From IMG/VR virus record IMGVR_UViG_3300021400_000034, positions 64,001 through 128,000 of that record: 64,000 nt of DNA; one strand, 5' to 3'. Below are positions 38,964 through 47,692 of this stretch, one piece after another. Under the pieces are notes generated by a model. It did no database searches. It saw only the letters and a program-made list of their open reading frames with translations, and had not been told where the DNA came from. The first letter of the stretch is position 1, and each line of letters opens with the position of its first letter. This DNA comes from a virus. Its lineage: Duplodnaviria > Caudoviricetes. The position numbers and the translations under genes were made by a program.

Positions 38964-39670
38964 TCGTAGTGAGCATGACATCGTGGGCGAGACGCATCAA
39001 CAACGTCGTTCCTGTCCTGAACAGTCTGGCTGACGTCAACAGCTACTGTGAGAGATCACTGACAGTCGTCGAACTCAATCTCAGCAAGGAAGAGTTTCCG
39101 AAGAGAGAGAAGGACCTTCCGAACGAGCTTCTGTTCTGGAAGTCTCCGACTGCAGATATGTCTCTGTCGATCAACTGGGTGGGACGCAACACTAAGGCTT
39201 TCAAGAAGCTCATTCCTACAGTCAAGAAGTTCTACGACAAGGACGTGAAGATCATCACTGTCGATGACGACGTCCTCTATCCTAAGGGCTTCTTGGCTTC
39301 TATGGAAGCTGCAGCTGAGGCGAATCCAGAGCACATCATATCGAACAACTTCTGTCGCGGCATGTATCAGGGTCAGCAGTGCGTCAACGGCGCGGGAACG
39401 CTATATCGTCCTCGATTCTTCACGCCGTTCCTCTGGGAAGAGCTCAACGACGAGATCATCGCTACGAACGCTGACGACTGGTGGTACTCGTTCTGCCTCT
39501 GGATCACTGGCATAAGGCCCGTAAAGTACATCCCGCAGAAGTTTAAGTTCTTCAACGAGGTGAATCCTAATGAGAGCAGCGCAATCGACCCTAGACCAGC
39601 TCTACAGCGCAAATGGCTAGAGGTCATACACAGACCCGAAGTATCTGGAGGAGCAGGAAGATGCGGGTAG
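38960..39670 (+). CDS. GT-A fold glycosyltransferase
   Basis: IVVSMTSWARRI, FKKLIPT, IITVDDDVLYP, ADDWW; paralog of 45542-46270. Confidence 0.8.
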   Translation: MIVVSMTSWARRINNVVPVLNSLADVNSYCERSLTVVELNLSKEEFPKREKDLPNELLFWKSPTADMSLSINWVGRNTKAFKKLIPTVKKFYDKDVKIITVDDDVLYPKGFLASMEAAAEANPEHIISNNFCRGMYQGQQCVNGAGTLYRPRFFTPFLWEELNDEIIATNADDWWYSFCLWITGIRPVKYIPQKFKFFNEVNPNESSAIDPRPALQRKWLEVIHRPEVSGGAGRCG

Positions 39671-40599
39671 AGAGACCTAGATACGTAAAAGTCTACAAGA
39701 GCAGCGAAGACGGATCTCTGTGGTATCACCAGCTGAACGCTCAAGAGGCTCATCCGTTCAATCCGGACGAGACGGTGTTCTATCTGGAGAAAGATGTCGA
39801 CGCTCTGATGGCTGGAATAGACATCGTGATAGAGAACAAGGTTAAGTTCCTCGAAGAGTCTGCCGAGAAGTGGAAGAAAGAGTTCGCTGAGAAAGCTGAC
39901 GAGAAGCTCAGAGAGAAAGAAGAGTTCCTTGTCGAGATGCTGCAGATAGCGACTAAGAAGTTCGTCGAGCAAGAGCTTTGCGGCGAACTGACTGACGCTA
40001 ACAAGGAAGCGATCAACTTCCTCATCTCTGAGTCGCTAGCTCATGTAGAGGATAAGCTGAAGAAGAAAGAGGACAAGAAGGAAGAGGAACTTCCTCCGTG
40101 GGCAGCAAACGAGACCATTGATCCGGTCGAACTGGCCAAAATCGAACTTCAATGCGCAGTAAAGTCTGAAGATGCGCTGGGCATTGCGGAAGCGACAGCC
40201 AACCTAGCCACAGCAAAGATGGCCAAGCTGCTCGAAACCGAGAAGAAACCGTATAATGGTGATAAGCCGAAGAGAGAGGCGAAGATGATTGAAGACAAAG
40301 AGAAGTACAGAAACGAGTGCGCTAAGAGATCTAACAAGATCTTGGAGCTCCAGGGAAAGAAGGATTTCATCGATAAGCTCGTCGACGAGTTCGGCGACGC
40401 ATCGATCACGGACATCAGTCTATCAATCGATGAAGATCTAGAGAAGGCTCAGAAAGCCTATGACGATTTCACTAAGGAAGAGACTGAGACGCTAAAGAAG
40501 ATCGAGGAGAAGTATGATTCTGGAAAGATTCTAGACTTGATCGCTGACGGCTACGACCAGATAGACATGGTAAACGCATATCTGAGAGGAGATCTATGA
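39661..40599 (+). CDS. coiled-coil hypothetical protein
   Basis: Start moved to ATG 39661; E/K-rich. Confidence 0.7.
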   Translation: MRVERPRYVKVYKSSEDGSLWYHQLNAQEAHPFNPDETVFYLEKDVDALMAGIDIVIENKVKFLEESAEKWKKEFAEKADEKLREKEEFLVEMLQIATKKFVEQELCGELTDANKEAINFLISESLAHVEDKLKKKEDKKEEELPPWAANETIDPVELAKIELQCAVKSEDALGIAEATANLATAKMAKLLETEKKPYNGDKPKREAKMIEDKEKYRNECAKRSNKILELQGKKDFIDKLVDEFGDASITDISLSIDEDLEKAQKAYDDFTKEETETLKKIEEKYDSGKILDLIADGYDQIDMVNAYLRGDL

Positions 40600-40790
40600 C
40601 GCTGTTCGAGAAGTGGTGGGATCACGGCACTAAGACCTTCTGCATCCAGTGGTGTCCCAGACACACTCTACGCTGCTTCTTGAGCTTTCACAACAACGGC
40701 GCAAAGAAGGGCAGAGACAGGTGCTATGACGGATCGTTCTGGATCCTCGGATTCTGCTTCAACTACACTAACTGGAGATATGATCGATGA
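40596..40790 (+). CDS. hypothetical protein
   Basis: ATGA overlap; aromatic-rich. Confidence 0.55.
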   Translation: MTLFEKWWDHGTKTFCIQWCPRHTLRCFLSFHNNGAKKGRDRCYDGSFWILGFCFNYTNWRYDR

Positions 40791-40815
40791 CCGAAGATCA
40801 ATATGGAGAAGAAAG

Positions 40816-41103
40816 ATGATTGAAGCAAAACTGAAGACCTGGGTACTCTGCTGTCGGCCGAGACAGTATCACTCTGGCTGGAATGGCGAAATTCACTACT
40901 GGACTAGCAAAGGTTCCGGTGGACATTGGACTGATGACTTGAGTCAGGCTACCCACTATCCCAATAAGGGCAGAGCTAAAGCTACTATGACGGCAGAGAG
41001 AAAGAAGTATAAGCAATATCCGTGGTTTGACTTCACGGAAGAGGACAGAATGTTCGTCGGCGAGATAGACACGACTGTACAAATCAACGAGACTGGAGAC
41101 TAG
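40816..41103 (+). CDS. small hypothetical protein (AxxF/YxxxxxA family)
   Basis: WTDDLSQATHYPNKGRA; GGAG RBS. Confidence 0.6.
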   Translation: MIEAKLKTWVLCCRPRQYHSGWNGEIHYWTSKGSGGHWTDDLSQATHYPNKGRAKATMTAERKKYKQYPWFDFTEEDRMFVGEIDTTVQINETGD

Positions 41104-41105
41104 GG

Positions 41106-41333
41106 ATGAGAGGTTGCGAAGACTGCGAACACTTTGTAGAAGTAGAGCTAAAGAACACTCCGCACAACTGGAGACGGTACTGCGGACTTGGAAACTTCAA
41201 CATCGATCTCGCTAGCTTCGAAGTCGTGAAGACTTCACACAACAAGACGAGATACCAGAGAGAACGAATCGGATCAGACGGCTTGGAGTATCACAAGCCG
41301 AAGCGCTGTCCACTACTGAGGAAAGAGAAATGA
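41106..41333 (+). CDS. small Cys-motif protein
   Basis: CEDCEHF...YC...PKRCPL. Confidence 0.65.
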   Translation: MRGCEDCEHFVEVELKNTPHNWRRYCGLGNFNIDLASFEVVKTSHNKTRYQRERIGSDGLEYHKPKRCPLLRKEK

Positions 41334-41899
41334 AACTAGAAGACATGAACATTCAGCAGCTATTCAAGTTGAATTCGAAGGTAGAAGACTTTCCAGAGGG
41401 ACTAGGATTGATGAGAGATGGAAAGCCGTTCGACTTAGAGGACTACTTCTTTCAGCGCATTATGGACTTTTTCGATGCGCCAGAAGAGACTGCTCAGAAG
41501 CTAGTCGGAAGATGCTTCAAGTCACCATACGGCGGAACATACATGATCAAGATTCTCGGTCTCAGAACTGACCGAGACAACAAGTACTGGAACAAGTCTA
41601 AGCTCTGGCAGGAGTTCATCTACGAGAGTATAGAGAAGGTTGGAAGAGGATGGGAATTTCCTGACTACTCTCATCTCCAAGATGATGACGATCTGAAGGA
41701 TATGCGCATCACACCATTCGCTGAGATTAACTACGCGTCAGAAGAGATGTTCAACATAGGCAAGGATGGCAATCTGTATGTGGACTACTGGTGCAACAGA
41801 GACTACTCGAAGCTGCAAGAAGTCGATCCGAAGACGTTCAACAAGCACAGAGCTGAAGCTTACAAGAAATGGAAAGATGAGAATGCAGATGATGAGTGA
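41330..41899 (+). CDS. hypothetical protein
   Basis: ATGA overlap. Confidence 0.7.
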   Translation: MKLEDMNIQQLFKLNSKVEDFPEGLGLMRDGKPFDLEDYFFQRIMDFFDAPEETAQKLVGRCFKSPYGGTYMIKILGLRTDRDNKYWNKSKLWQEFIYESIEKVGRGWEFPDYSHLQDDDDLKDMRITPFAEINYASEEMFNIGKDGNLYVDYWCNRDYSKLQEVDPKTFNKHRAEAYKKWKDENADDE

Positions 41900-42069
41900 T
41901 AACCGAATGACGAGCGCTGATGCGATCGACCAAGAGATTTTGTCTGATCTAGCAAAGGGCGTAAAGGTTGAAACGACTACTGGATGGAAGGCGAAAAAGA
42001 CAAGGCTTTAGACTTGTACAAGAAAACTAAAGAAATCAAAAAGTGGAAAGATCCGCGGGAGACTAAATA

Positions 42070-42189
42070 ATGGAAGCATTTTTAAATTTCTGTCAGAATA
42101 ATCCGGGATTAACAATTATGGGTATGATTTTTGTGTACCTGATTATTGATTCTATTGCTGGAATTTTCAAGAAAAATAAGGAAAACTAA
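42070..42189 (+). CDS. small membrane protein, 39 aa
   Basis: MEAFLNFCQNNPGLTIMGMIFVYLIIDSIAGIFKK; GGAG RBS; TAATG coupling. Confidence 0.55.
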   Translation: MEAFLNFCQNNPGLTIMGMIFVYLIIDSIAGIFKKNKEN

Positions 42190-42389
42190 TGGAACACGAT
42201 TTGAAATTCTGGAAGAAGCTTGCTACCGATATGGTGGTAGTCCTCGGTAACAATCCGTATATGGCCAAGGCAGCAATGATGTCTTGGATTACGAAGATGG
42301 GTGACGCCGAAGAACAAGTGTCATTGCTTGCTCTTTCTGACAATATTACAAAGCGATTACTGGAAATTAAACCGGAAGAATGGAAATAA
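42189..42389 (+). CDS. hypothetical protein
   Basis: TAATG coupling. Confidence 0.6.
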   Translation: MEHDLKFWKKLATDMVVVLGNNPYMAKAAMMSWITKMGDAEEQVSLLALSDNITKRLLEIKPEEWK

Positions 42390-42449
42390 TGGATAAATTA
42401 TATATTGTTAGACATACAGATATTGCATTAAAAACTATAGGAGTATACG

Positions 42450-42746
42450 ATGACAGCAGAAGAAGCAAGAAGCCAGAGACACTCAGCAGAAGACGAGAAG
42501 GTGGGACACAAGAATACATTCAACCTGCTCGTAAGCGACTATGTCAACGATATAGAGCGCAAGATAAGGAAGGTCGCGTGTTACACTGACGCGGCTATCT
42601 ATTCCTTGAAAGACTTGTGCAACCGCACAGACGTCGCTGACGAGATCGTGCGTCAGCTGAGAGAATCTGGGTTTAAAGTGACTCCAGACGTGAGATGCTA
42701 TCTTGGGACCAACGTGATGTGGGTTGACTTGTACATCACCTGGTGA
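42450..42746 (+). CDS. hypothetical protein
   Basis: AGGAG RBS. Confidence 0.65.
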   Translation: MTAEEARSQRHSAEDEKVGHKNTFNLLVSDYVNDIERKIRKVACYTDAAIYSLKDLCNRTDVADEIVRQLRESGFKVTPDVRCYLGTNVMWVDLYITW

Positions 42747-43024
42747 AAATGACTGAGAGGATTCGAAGAATGACACAGGAAATAGAATTCAAAGAAAGCG
42801 AGTTCCTTGCAGAACTCAAGTCGGTCGTAGCAGAGATAGGCGGTGAGCTGACTATGTCGTACAATAGTGACGACATGTCATACGTCGTAAACTATACGAG
42901 GAACGGAATTCCGTTCAAGATTAGCCTTGAAGCGCTGGAAGCAGTGTGCAGCATAAATGGATCTGGAACTCTTCGTGAAACACTGCTTAGCGCGACCGAC
43001 TTGCATAATGATGAAGAGAGATGA
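42743..43024 (+). CDS. hypothetical protein
   Basis: Operon packing; start uncertain. Confidence 0.55.
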   Translation: MKMTERIRRMTQEIEFKESEFLAELKSVVAEIGGELTMSYNSDDMSYVVNYTRNGIPFKISLEALEAVCSINGSGTLRETLLSATDLHNDEER

Positions 43025-43188
43025 CGAAGAGCTCTGATTCTAAGATGTCATTCAGCGAGTTGACTACTGCTCTAGGTCAAACGACACAGTTGCTGAATTG
43101 CTGTCCTTATGGAAGTCAAGATTGGATCGAAATAAACAAGAGACAAGAACAATTATACAAAGACTTGAGAGATGGCAACTACCTATGA
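43021..43188 (+). CDS. hypothetical protein, 55 aa
   Basis: ATGA overlaps at both ends. Confidence 0.5.
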   Translation: MTKSSDSKMSFSELTTALGQTTQLLNCCPYGSQDWIEINKRQEQLYKDLRDGNYL

Positions 43189-43334
43189 CAAATAAAGAGC
43201 TGCGAGAGAAGCTAGAGAAGCTTCCTGACGATATGGATGTATGGAGCAAGATTGCAGACAAGCCTATCGATGAAGTCTATGATGAAAACAACTGCGATTG
43301 TGGCGAGTGGAAAACCGTCATAATGCTTGAGTAA
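43185..43334 (+). CDS. small phage protein
   Basis: MTNKELREKLEKLPDDMDV-type N-terminus. Confidence 0.6.
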   Translation: MTNKELREKLEKLPDDMDVWSKIADKPIDEVYDENNCDCGEWKTVIMLE

Positions 43335-43349
43335 GTATGAGGAAGAAAG

Positions 43350-43883
43350 ATGACGATAACTGATAAGCACATTCTGTTCTGGGGCCAGTGGCCCAGCAAC
43401 TTCGCATGGTCTCCTATAGAGACGGTCACGTTCGATGGAGACAGACGACGCTTCTTCAGCGTAGAGCAGTGCTACGCTTGGAGCAAGGCTCTGTACTTCG
43501 GCGACTTGGACACGATGAACCTGATCGAGAAGCTAGACTTCTACGAAGGAAGATCTGATCTCGCTAAGAAGCTCGGGAGAACGACTAAGGACTTTGACCA
43601 GGACGCTTGGAACGCTGTCTCTTACGACATCATGCTCAAGGCGTGCCTCAGCAAGTACAGCCAGAACAGAGTCTTGCTAGACAAGATCACTGATCCGGCT
43701 CTCGAAGGAAAGAAATTCGTAGAGGCTAGTCCAGTAGACATGATCTGGGGCATCGGACTTCGTGAAGCAGATCCGCTAGCAGACGACGAGAACAGCTGGA
43801 AGGGCGAGAACCGTCTAGGCAAGGTGCTCGACGAAGTCAGAAAGAAGCTGCTGGAAGGCTACAGGGAAGATCTGAAGTACTAG
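43350..43883 (+). CDS. NADAR (YbiA-like) family protein
   Basis: FWGQWPSNF, SVEQ...KA..FGD, KKLGR, FVEASPVDMIWGIG, GENRLGKVL. Confidence 0.9.
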   Translation: MTITDKHILFWGQWPSNFAWSPIETVTFDGDRRRFFSVEQCYAWSKALYFGDLDTMNLIEKLDFYEGRSDLAKKLGRTTKDFDQDAWNAVSYDIMLKACLSKYSQNRVLLDKITDPALEGKKFVEASPVDMIWGIGLREADPLADDENSWKGENRLGKVLDEVRKKLLEGYREDLKY

Positions 43884-43897
43884 AATAAATAGCTTGT

Positions 43898-44731
43898 ATG
43901 CAAAAGAAATATCTCACTGAAGTTGTTCTTCTAACTAAGTCTTACAACTTGACCGACTTTAAAGACTGGTTGCACTGGCACTTGGACATCATCGGCTTCG
44001 ATCACTGCCACATCTTCGATAACGAGAGCTTAGTAGACATAAAGTCTGTCTGCGATCAGTATAAAGATAAGGTAAGCTATGAGCTAGTGAAAGGCTGGCC
44101 AGATCAGTATAACCTGTACAATAGATACATCAACAATGAGAGTCCTGCTTGGTGGGTTCTACCTATTGATGATGATGAGTATCTATACGTATCTGACAAG
44201 TATCAGAACAATATCGACGCCTTCTTGCTCAGCTGGTGTAAGTCACATAGAGACTGGAGCAAGATATGCATCGGCTGGAGAAATCTATTCCCATCTAAAT
44301 TCACCGATGAGAGAACGAATCCTCATAGGATTCTAAACGCTACTGCGTGGTCAAATGAGGCTAGTCAGGTATGGCAAGCTGGAAATAAACCTGTGAAGAC
44401 ATTTGTGCTCACTACACACAAATACGAGTGGTCTGACAGAATAGGCCACAGTACACATGATCCACTGATCGATGGAAGATACGAGCCAGGAAAGACCATC
44501 TATGGAACTGAAGTGAAGAATAGCTGGCAGGTAACGGCAACTCCGGACGATGCAGACTTGATTCTCTATCATTATCAGTTCGTATCCAACAAAGAGTGGC
44601 AGTATAAGTGCAAGAATCGAAAGAGCCCGGGATCTAAGACCTTCGTCAAGGACTTTCCGATCTTCTATTCTAAGCTTTACACATTTGCTCTAAACGAAGA
44701 CAATAGAGTCGTTAACTTATTCGAGAGGTAA
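43898..44731 (+). CDS. glycosyltransferase (GT92/Glyco_tranf_2_4-like)
   Basis: DWLHWH..IGFDHCHIFDNES; VLPIDDDEY; LYHY; AATAAATA at 43884. Confidence 0.75.
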   Translation: MQKKYLTEVVLLTKSYNLTDFKDWLHWHLDIIGFDHCHIFDNESLVDIKSVCDQYKDKVSYELVKGWPDQYNLYNRYINNESPAWWVLPIDDDEYLYVSDKYQNNIDAFLLSWCKSHRDWSKICIGWRNLFPSKFTDERTNPHRILNATAWSNEASQVWQAGNKPVKTFVLTTHKYEWSDRIGHSTHDPLIDGRYEPGKTIYGTEVKNSWQVTATPDDADLILYHYQFVSNKEWQYKCKNRKSPGSKTFVKDFPIFYSKLYTFALNEDNRVVNLFER

Positions 44732-44734
44732 TTT

Positions 44735-45556
44735 ATGCCGAGTTGGGAAGAGTATTGCTTATCTCAGGAGAGCAATATACAGAAGATGTTCCCTAACAAG
44801 AACATTAAGCATCCGTCAACATTCACCGAGAAGATACAATGGCTTAAAATACACGACTCGTCTTTTCTAAAGACATACTGCACTGATAAGATAACTGTTC
44901 ATGAATATTGTAAAAAGAAGTTAGGTAAAGATATATGCATTCCTATTCTGAAAGTCTATAATAATGTAGACGAGATAGATCTCTCGGAATTGCCAAAGTC
45001 TTTCGTAATTAAATGCAATCATGGAAGCGCAATGAATATAATCGTGGAAGACAAGTCGAAATTGAATTTATCTGAAGCGAAGATGAAACTTAAGAAGTGG
45101 CTAAATACTGACTTTTCAAAATTCAGTGAACTACATTATAAGCTAATTCCTAGAAAGATATATATCGAAGAGTTCAAATCAAATATCGGTAAATCTGATC
45201 TTACAGACTATAAGCTATTTTGTTTCAATGGAGTTCCTAGGTTTTGGCAAGTTATAACTGATAGACGAACGTCTGAGAAGATCTCTCATTATGATATGGA
45301 TTGGAAGTATGCTCCAATATATGACTGGAGAGATTATGGGTCGATCAGCAATATTCCAAGACCTGAGAATTATGAATTGATGGTCGAATATGCGAAAAAG
45401 CTATCTGCAGATTTTAAGATGGTTAGAGTAGACTTCTATGAAATAGACGGTATGGTGTATTTAGGCGAGCTGACTTTTACACCAGCAAACGGGAAACAGA
45501 TTTTTAAGAATTCTAATGCTGATAAGCTTATAGGGGATATGCTACAACTTCAATAG
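44735..45556 (+). CDS. TupA-like ATP-grasp protein
   Basis: PSTFTEKIQWLK, DKITV, LPKSFVIKCNHGS, DYKLFCFNG, VRVDFY, GELTFTP. Confidence 0.9.
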   Translation: MPSWEEYCLSQESNIQKMFPNKNIKHPSTFTEKIQWLKIHDSSFLKTYCTDKITVHEYCKKKLGKDICIPILKVYNNVDEIDLSELPKSFVIKCNHGSAMNIIVEDKSKLNLSEAKMKLKKWLNTDFSKFSELHYKLIPRKIYIEEFKSNIGKSDLTDYKLFCFNGVPRFWQVITDRRTSEKISHYDMDWKYAPIYDWRDYGSISNIPRPENYELMVEYAKKLSADFKMVRVDFYEIDGMVYLGELTFTPANGKQIFKNSNADKLIGDMLQLQ

Positions 45557-46270
45557 TTTTTTCATTGTATAATAATCAGACCTTTTATCATAATGACGTT
45601 CATTTGATAGAGGTTCTATTTGATTATGAAATATACAAGCTATTGTATTAGATCTCTTTTGTACATGAAAGCCCAGAGGTATGTTTTTTATGTTATACTT
45701 TTTACATAATAAGGCATAAAGCATATCGTCTTCTGTTAATTTATATTTAAGAAATTCATTTAGAATTTCTTTATTAAAACCACTAAAAGCATTTGGTGGA
45801 AATAGAGTAGAATATCCACATAATAATTTAAGCCCAAATCTACTGACTGATTCTAGACCTACTCTTGAATTTTCATTTTCTTTCCATTTCTTGTATAGCA
45901 TCTCAGCATAGTTGCATGTGTAGATGCAGTCATCGTCAGCGCTAATGACAGGAACGTCGCGATACTTGTCCATCGTGAAGAGGACTTTCTTAAACGCTTT
46001 GTAGTTCTTGTAGACCCATAAGACTTCGATGAGATCGTTCTTGACAAACAACTTCAAGTTCGATGGAATCTCGTCCATCATCTTCGGAAACTCTTCCTCG
46101 CTGAGGACTAGAACGATGTGAAAGCCAGGGCACTGCTTGAGAAGGCTGTACAGTGTCTTTGATACGGTGTCGATCCTGGCCTTCCAAGACGTGAGGCTGA
46201 TAATTGCTTTTTCTCCAGCGTACTTCTTGCCGAAAGTTGGATAATTTTCTCTAGTGTATTCTTCTCTCAT
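45542..46270 (-). CDS. GT-A fold glycosyltransferase
   Basis: IISLTSWKARI, KAFKK, VISADDDCIY, EDD; GATAAATA at 46275-46282. Confidence 0.8.
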   Translation of the reverse strand: MREEYTRENYPTFGKKYAGEKAIISLTSWKARIDTVSKTLYSLLKQCPGFHIVLVLSEEEFPKMMDEIPSNLKLFVKNDLIEVLWVYKNYKAFKKVLFTMDKYRDVPVISADDDCIYTCNYAEMLYKKWKENENSRVGLESVSRFGLKLLCGYSTLFPPNAFSGFNKEILNEFLKYKLTEDDMLYALLCKKYNIKNIPLGFHVQKRSNTIACIFHNQIEPLSNERHYDKRSDYYTMKKLLKL

Positions 46271-46321
46271 AGTCTATTTATCAGTAGATCCAGTCACCGC
46301 GATCTAAGTCGTAGTTGTTCA

Positions 46322-46645
46322 TCATCCCCATCGATTATTGACGAAGTCGTAATTTCTTTCCCACCACTCTTCGCTAGCTTTTCTTCTATTCTCTAGATCC
46401 CGAGATTTCTTCAACGCTTGCTTATAGTAGCCGTCGTACTTTGTGATGAGCTTCTTAGTGCTCAGCTCAGCTGGTCTTCCGATCCACTGTGGGTTGTCCT
46501 GAAGGAACTTGATCTGCTCGTCTCTCTTTTTCAGCCAGATCTCTGAGATCTCCTTCCACTCTTCTGCCGTTCTCGGCAACTTAGACTCTAGAATGAGAGG
46601 CTCAGATGCTAAGACGTCGATCGCTTCCTCAAATGACATCTTCAT
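46322..46645 (-). CDS. putative head-packaged protein
   Basis: Leader MKMSFEEAIDVLASEPLILE. Confidence 0.7.
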   Translation of the reverse strand: MKMSFEEAIDVLASEPLILESKLPRTAEEWKEISEIWLKKRDEQIKFLQDNPQWIGRPAELSTKKLITKYDGYYKQALKKSRDLENRRKASEEWWERNYDFVNNRWG

Positions 46646-46776
46646 ATTGAAACCCTTTTCTAGTTGACTGACAGAATCTCTACTTCTGGACTGCCTTCAC
46701 TGAGAATATCGCTCAGAGCTTCGATGATCTCATCCTCGTCGTCCGGATTCTCTAGCCAGACAGTGTCTTGTCTAGC

Positions 46777-47673
46777 TTAGTCGCCCTGATACTTTGCTGT
46801 TCTATAGAACTCAGATGCGCCAGCCTGGAATGCGTCGTTAGCGTCAGCGCTCTTCTTAACTGCAGCTGCATCTTCTTCGTCGAGGAAGTCGTCAGCGTGT
46901 GCGAACTCGATAGCAGCGGGCATGAAGATGTCCATCGGAATGTACCAAGTGTTTCGGTTCTCGTCGCGGTATCTCTCTAGAGCAGCGCATGCCTTAGCCT
47001 TGCCGTTCGAGTTCTGGGCGAGAATTCTCAGCGCGTCGCTGTTTCCGAGAGTCACTTGCTCGATATTGATCGGAGTCTCGAACCGGAACGAGTCGACGCT
47101 GTTCTCGACTCTCATTGTGATCTTGTAAGGAATCTTGCTTCCGTCTAGCGGCTCAGCGCCAGGAAGGGCATCTTTGATATTCTTCATGAGCTCATCGAAG
47201 TCGTAGAAGTGATCAGCGTACTCGATCTTGACGATTTCGTATCCGTTCGCTACTAGCTTGTCGACAACCTTCCTCTTGTACTCTGGCCAGACTTCTAGGC
47301 ACTTCTTGTAGCGGTTGTAGATGTTCTGATTGTAGCGGCGTATCTCGGCGTCTCGTCCATCGTTCCGCACCTTCTCGTAGTGAGCGTTCGACAGGTAGTA
47401 GAGAGTCTCACGCTCTTTGCGGTCGAACAGGTCCTTGCCTCTTCTGTTAGCCCAGCCAGCGACGTCGTTGACTGCGAAAGGAGCAGCAGCGTCATCTGCT
47501 TTGCGCTTCTCTTCGTCTGTCAGCGGCTTCTTGCTGCGTTCGTATGAGAAGTCAGGGAAAGCGTCGATCAGCCTTCTAGCGGCAGCTTCTTTCTTGGTTC
47601 TGTCGAAAGATCTAGCTTCGGTGATGCTCATGCCGGATCTTCTGATAATTCTTAGCGCTTCGTGTAGTTTCAT
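46777..47673 (-). CDS. putative head-packaged protein
   Basis: Leader MKLHEALRIIRRSGMSITE; GATAAATA at 47687-47694. Confidence 0.75.
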   Translation of the reverse strand: MKLHEALRIIRRSGMSITEARSFDRTKKEAAARRLIDAFPDFSYERSKKPLTDEEKRKADDAAAPFAVNDVAGWANRRGKDLFDRKERETLYYLSNAHYEKVRNDGRDAEIRRYNQNIYNRYKKCLEVWPEYKRKVVDKLVANGYEIVKIEYADHFYDFDELMKNIKDALPGAEPLDGSKIPYKITMRVENSVDSFRFETPINIEQVTLGNSDALRILAQNSNGKAKACAALERYRDENRNTWYIPMDIFMPAAIEFAHADDFLDEEDAAAVKKSADANDAFQAGASEFYRTAKYQGD

Positions 47674-47692
47674 AATTTCCTCTTTTTATTTA

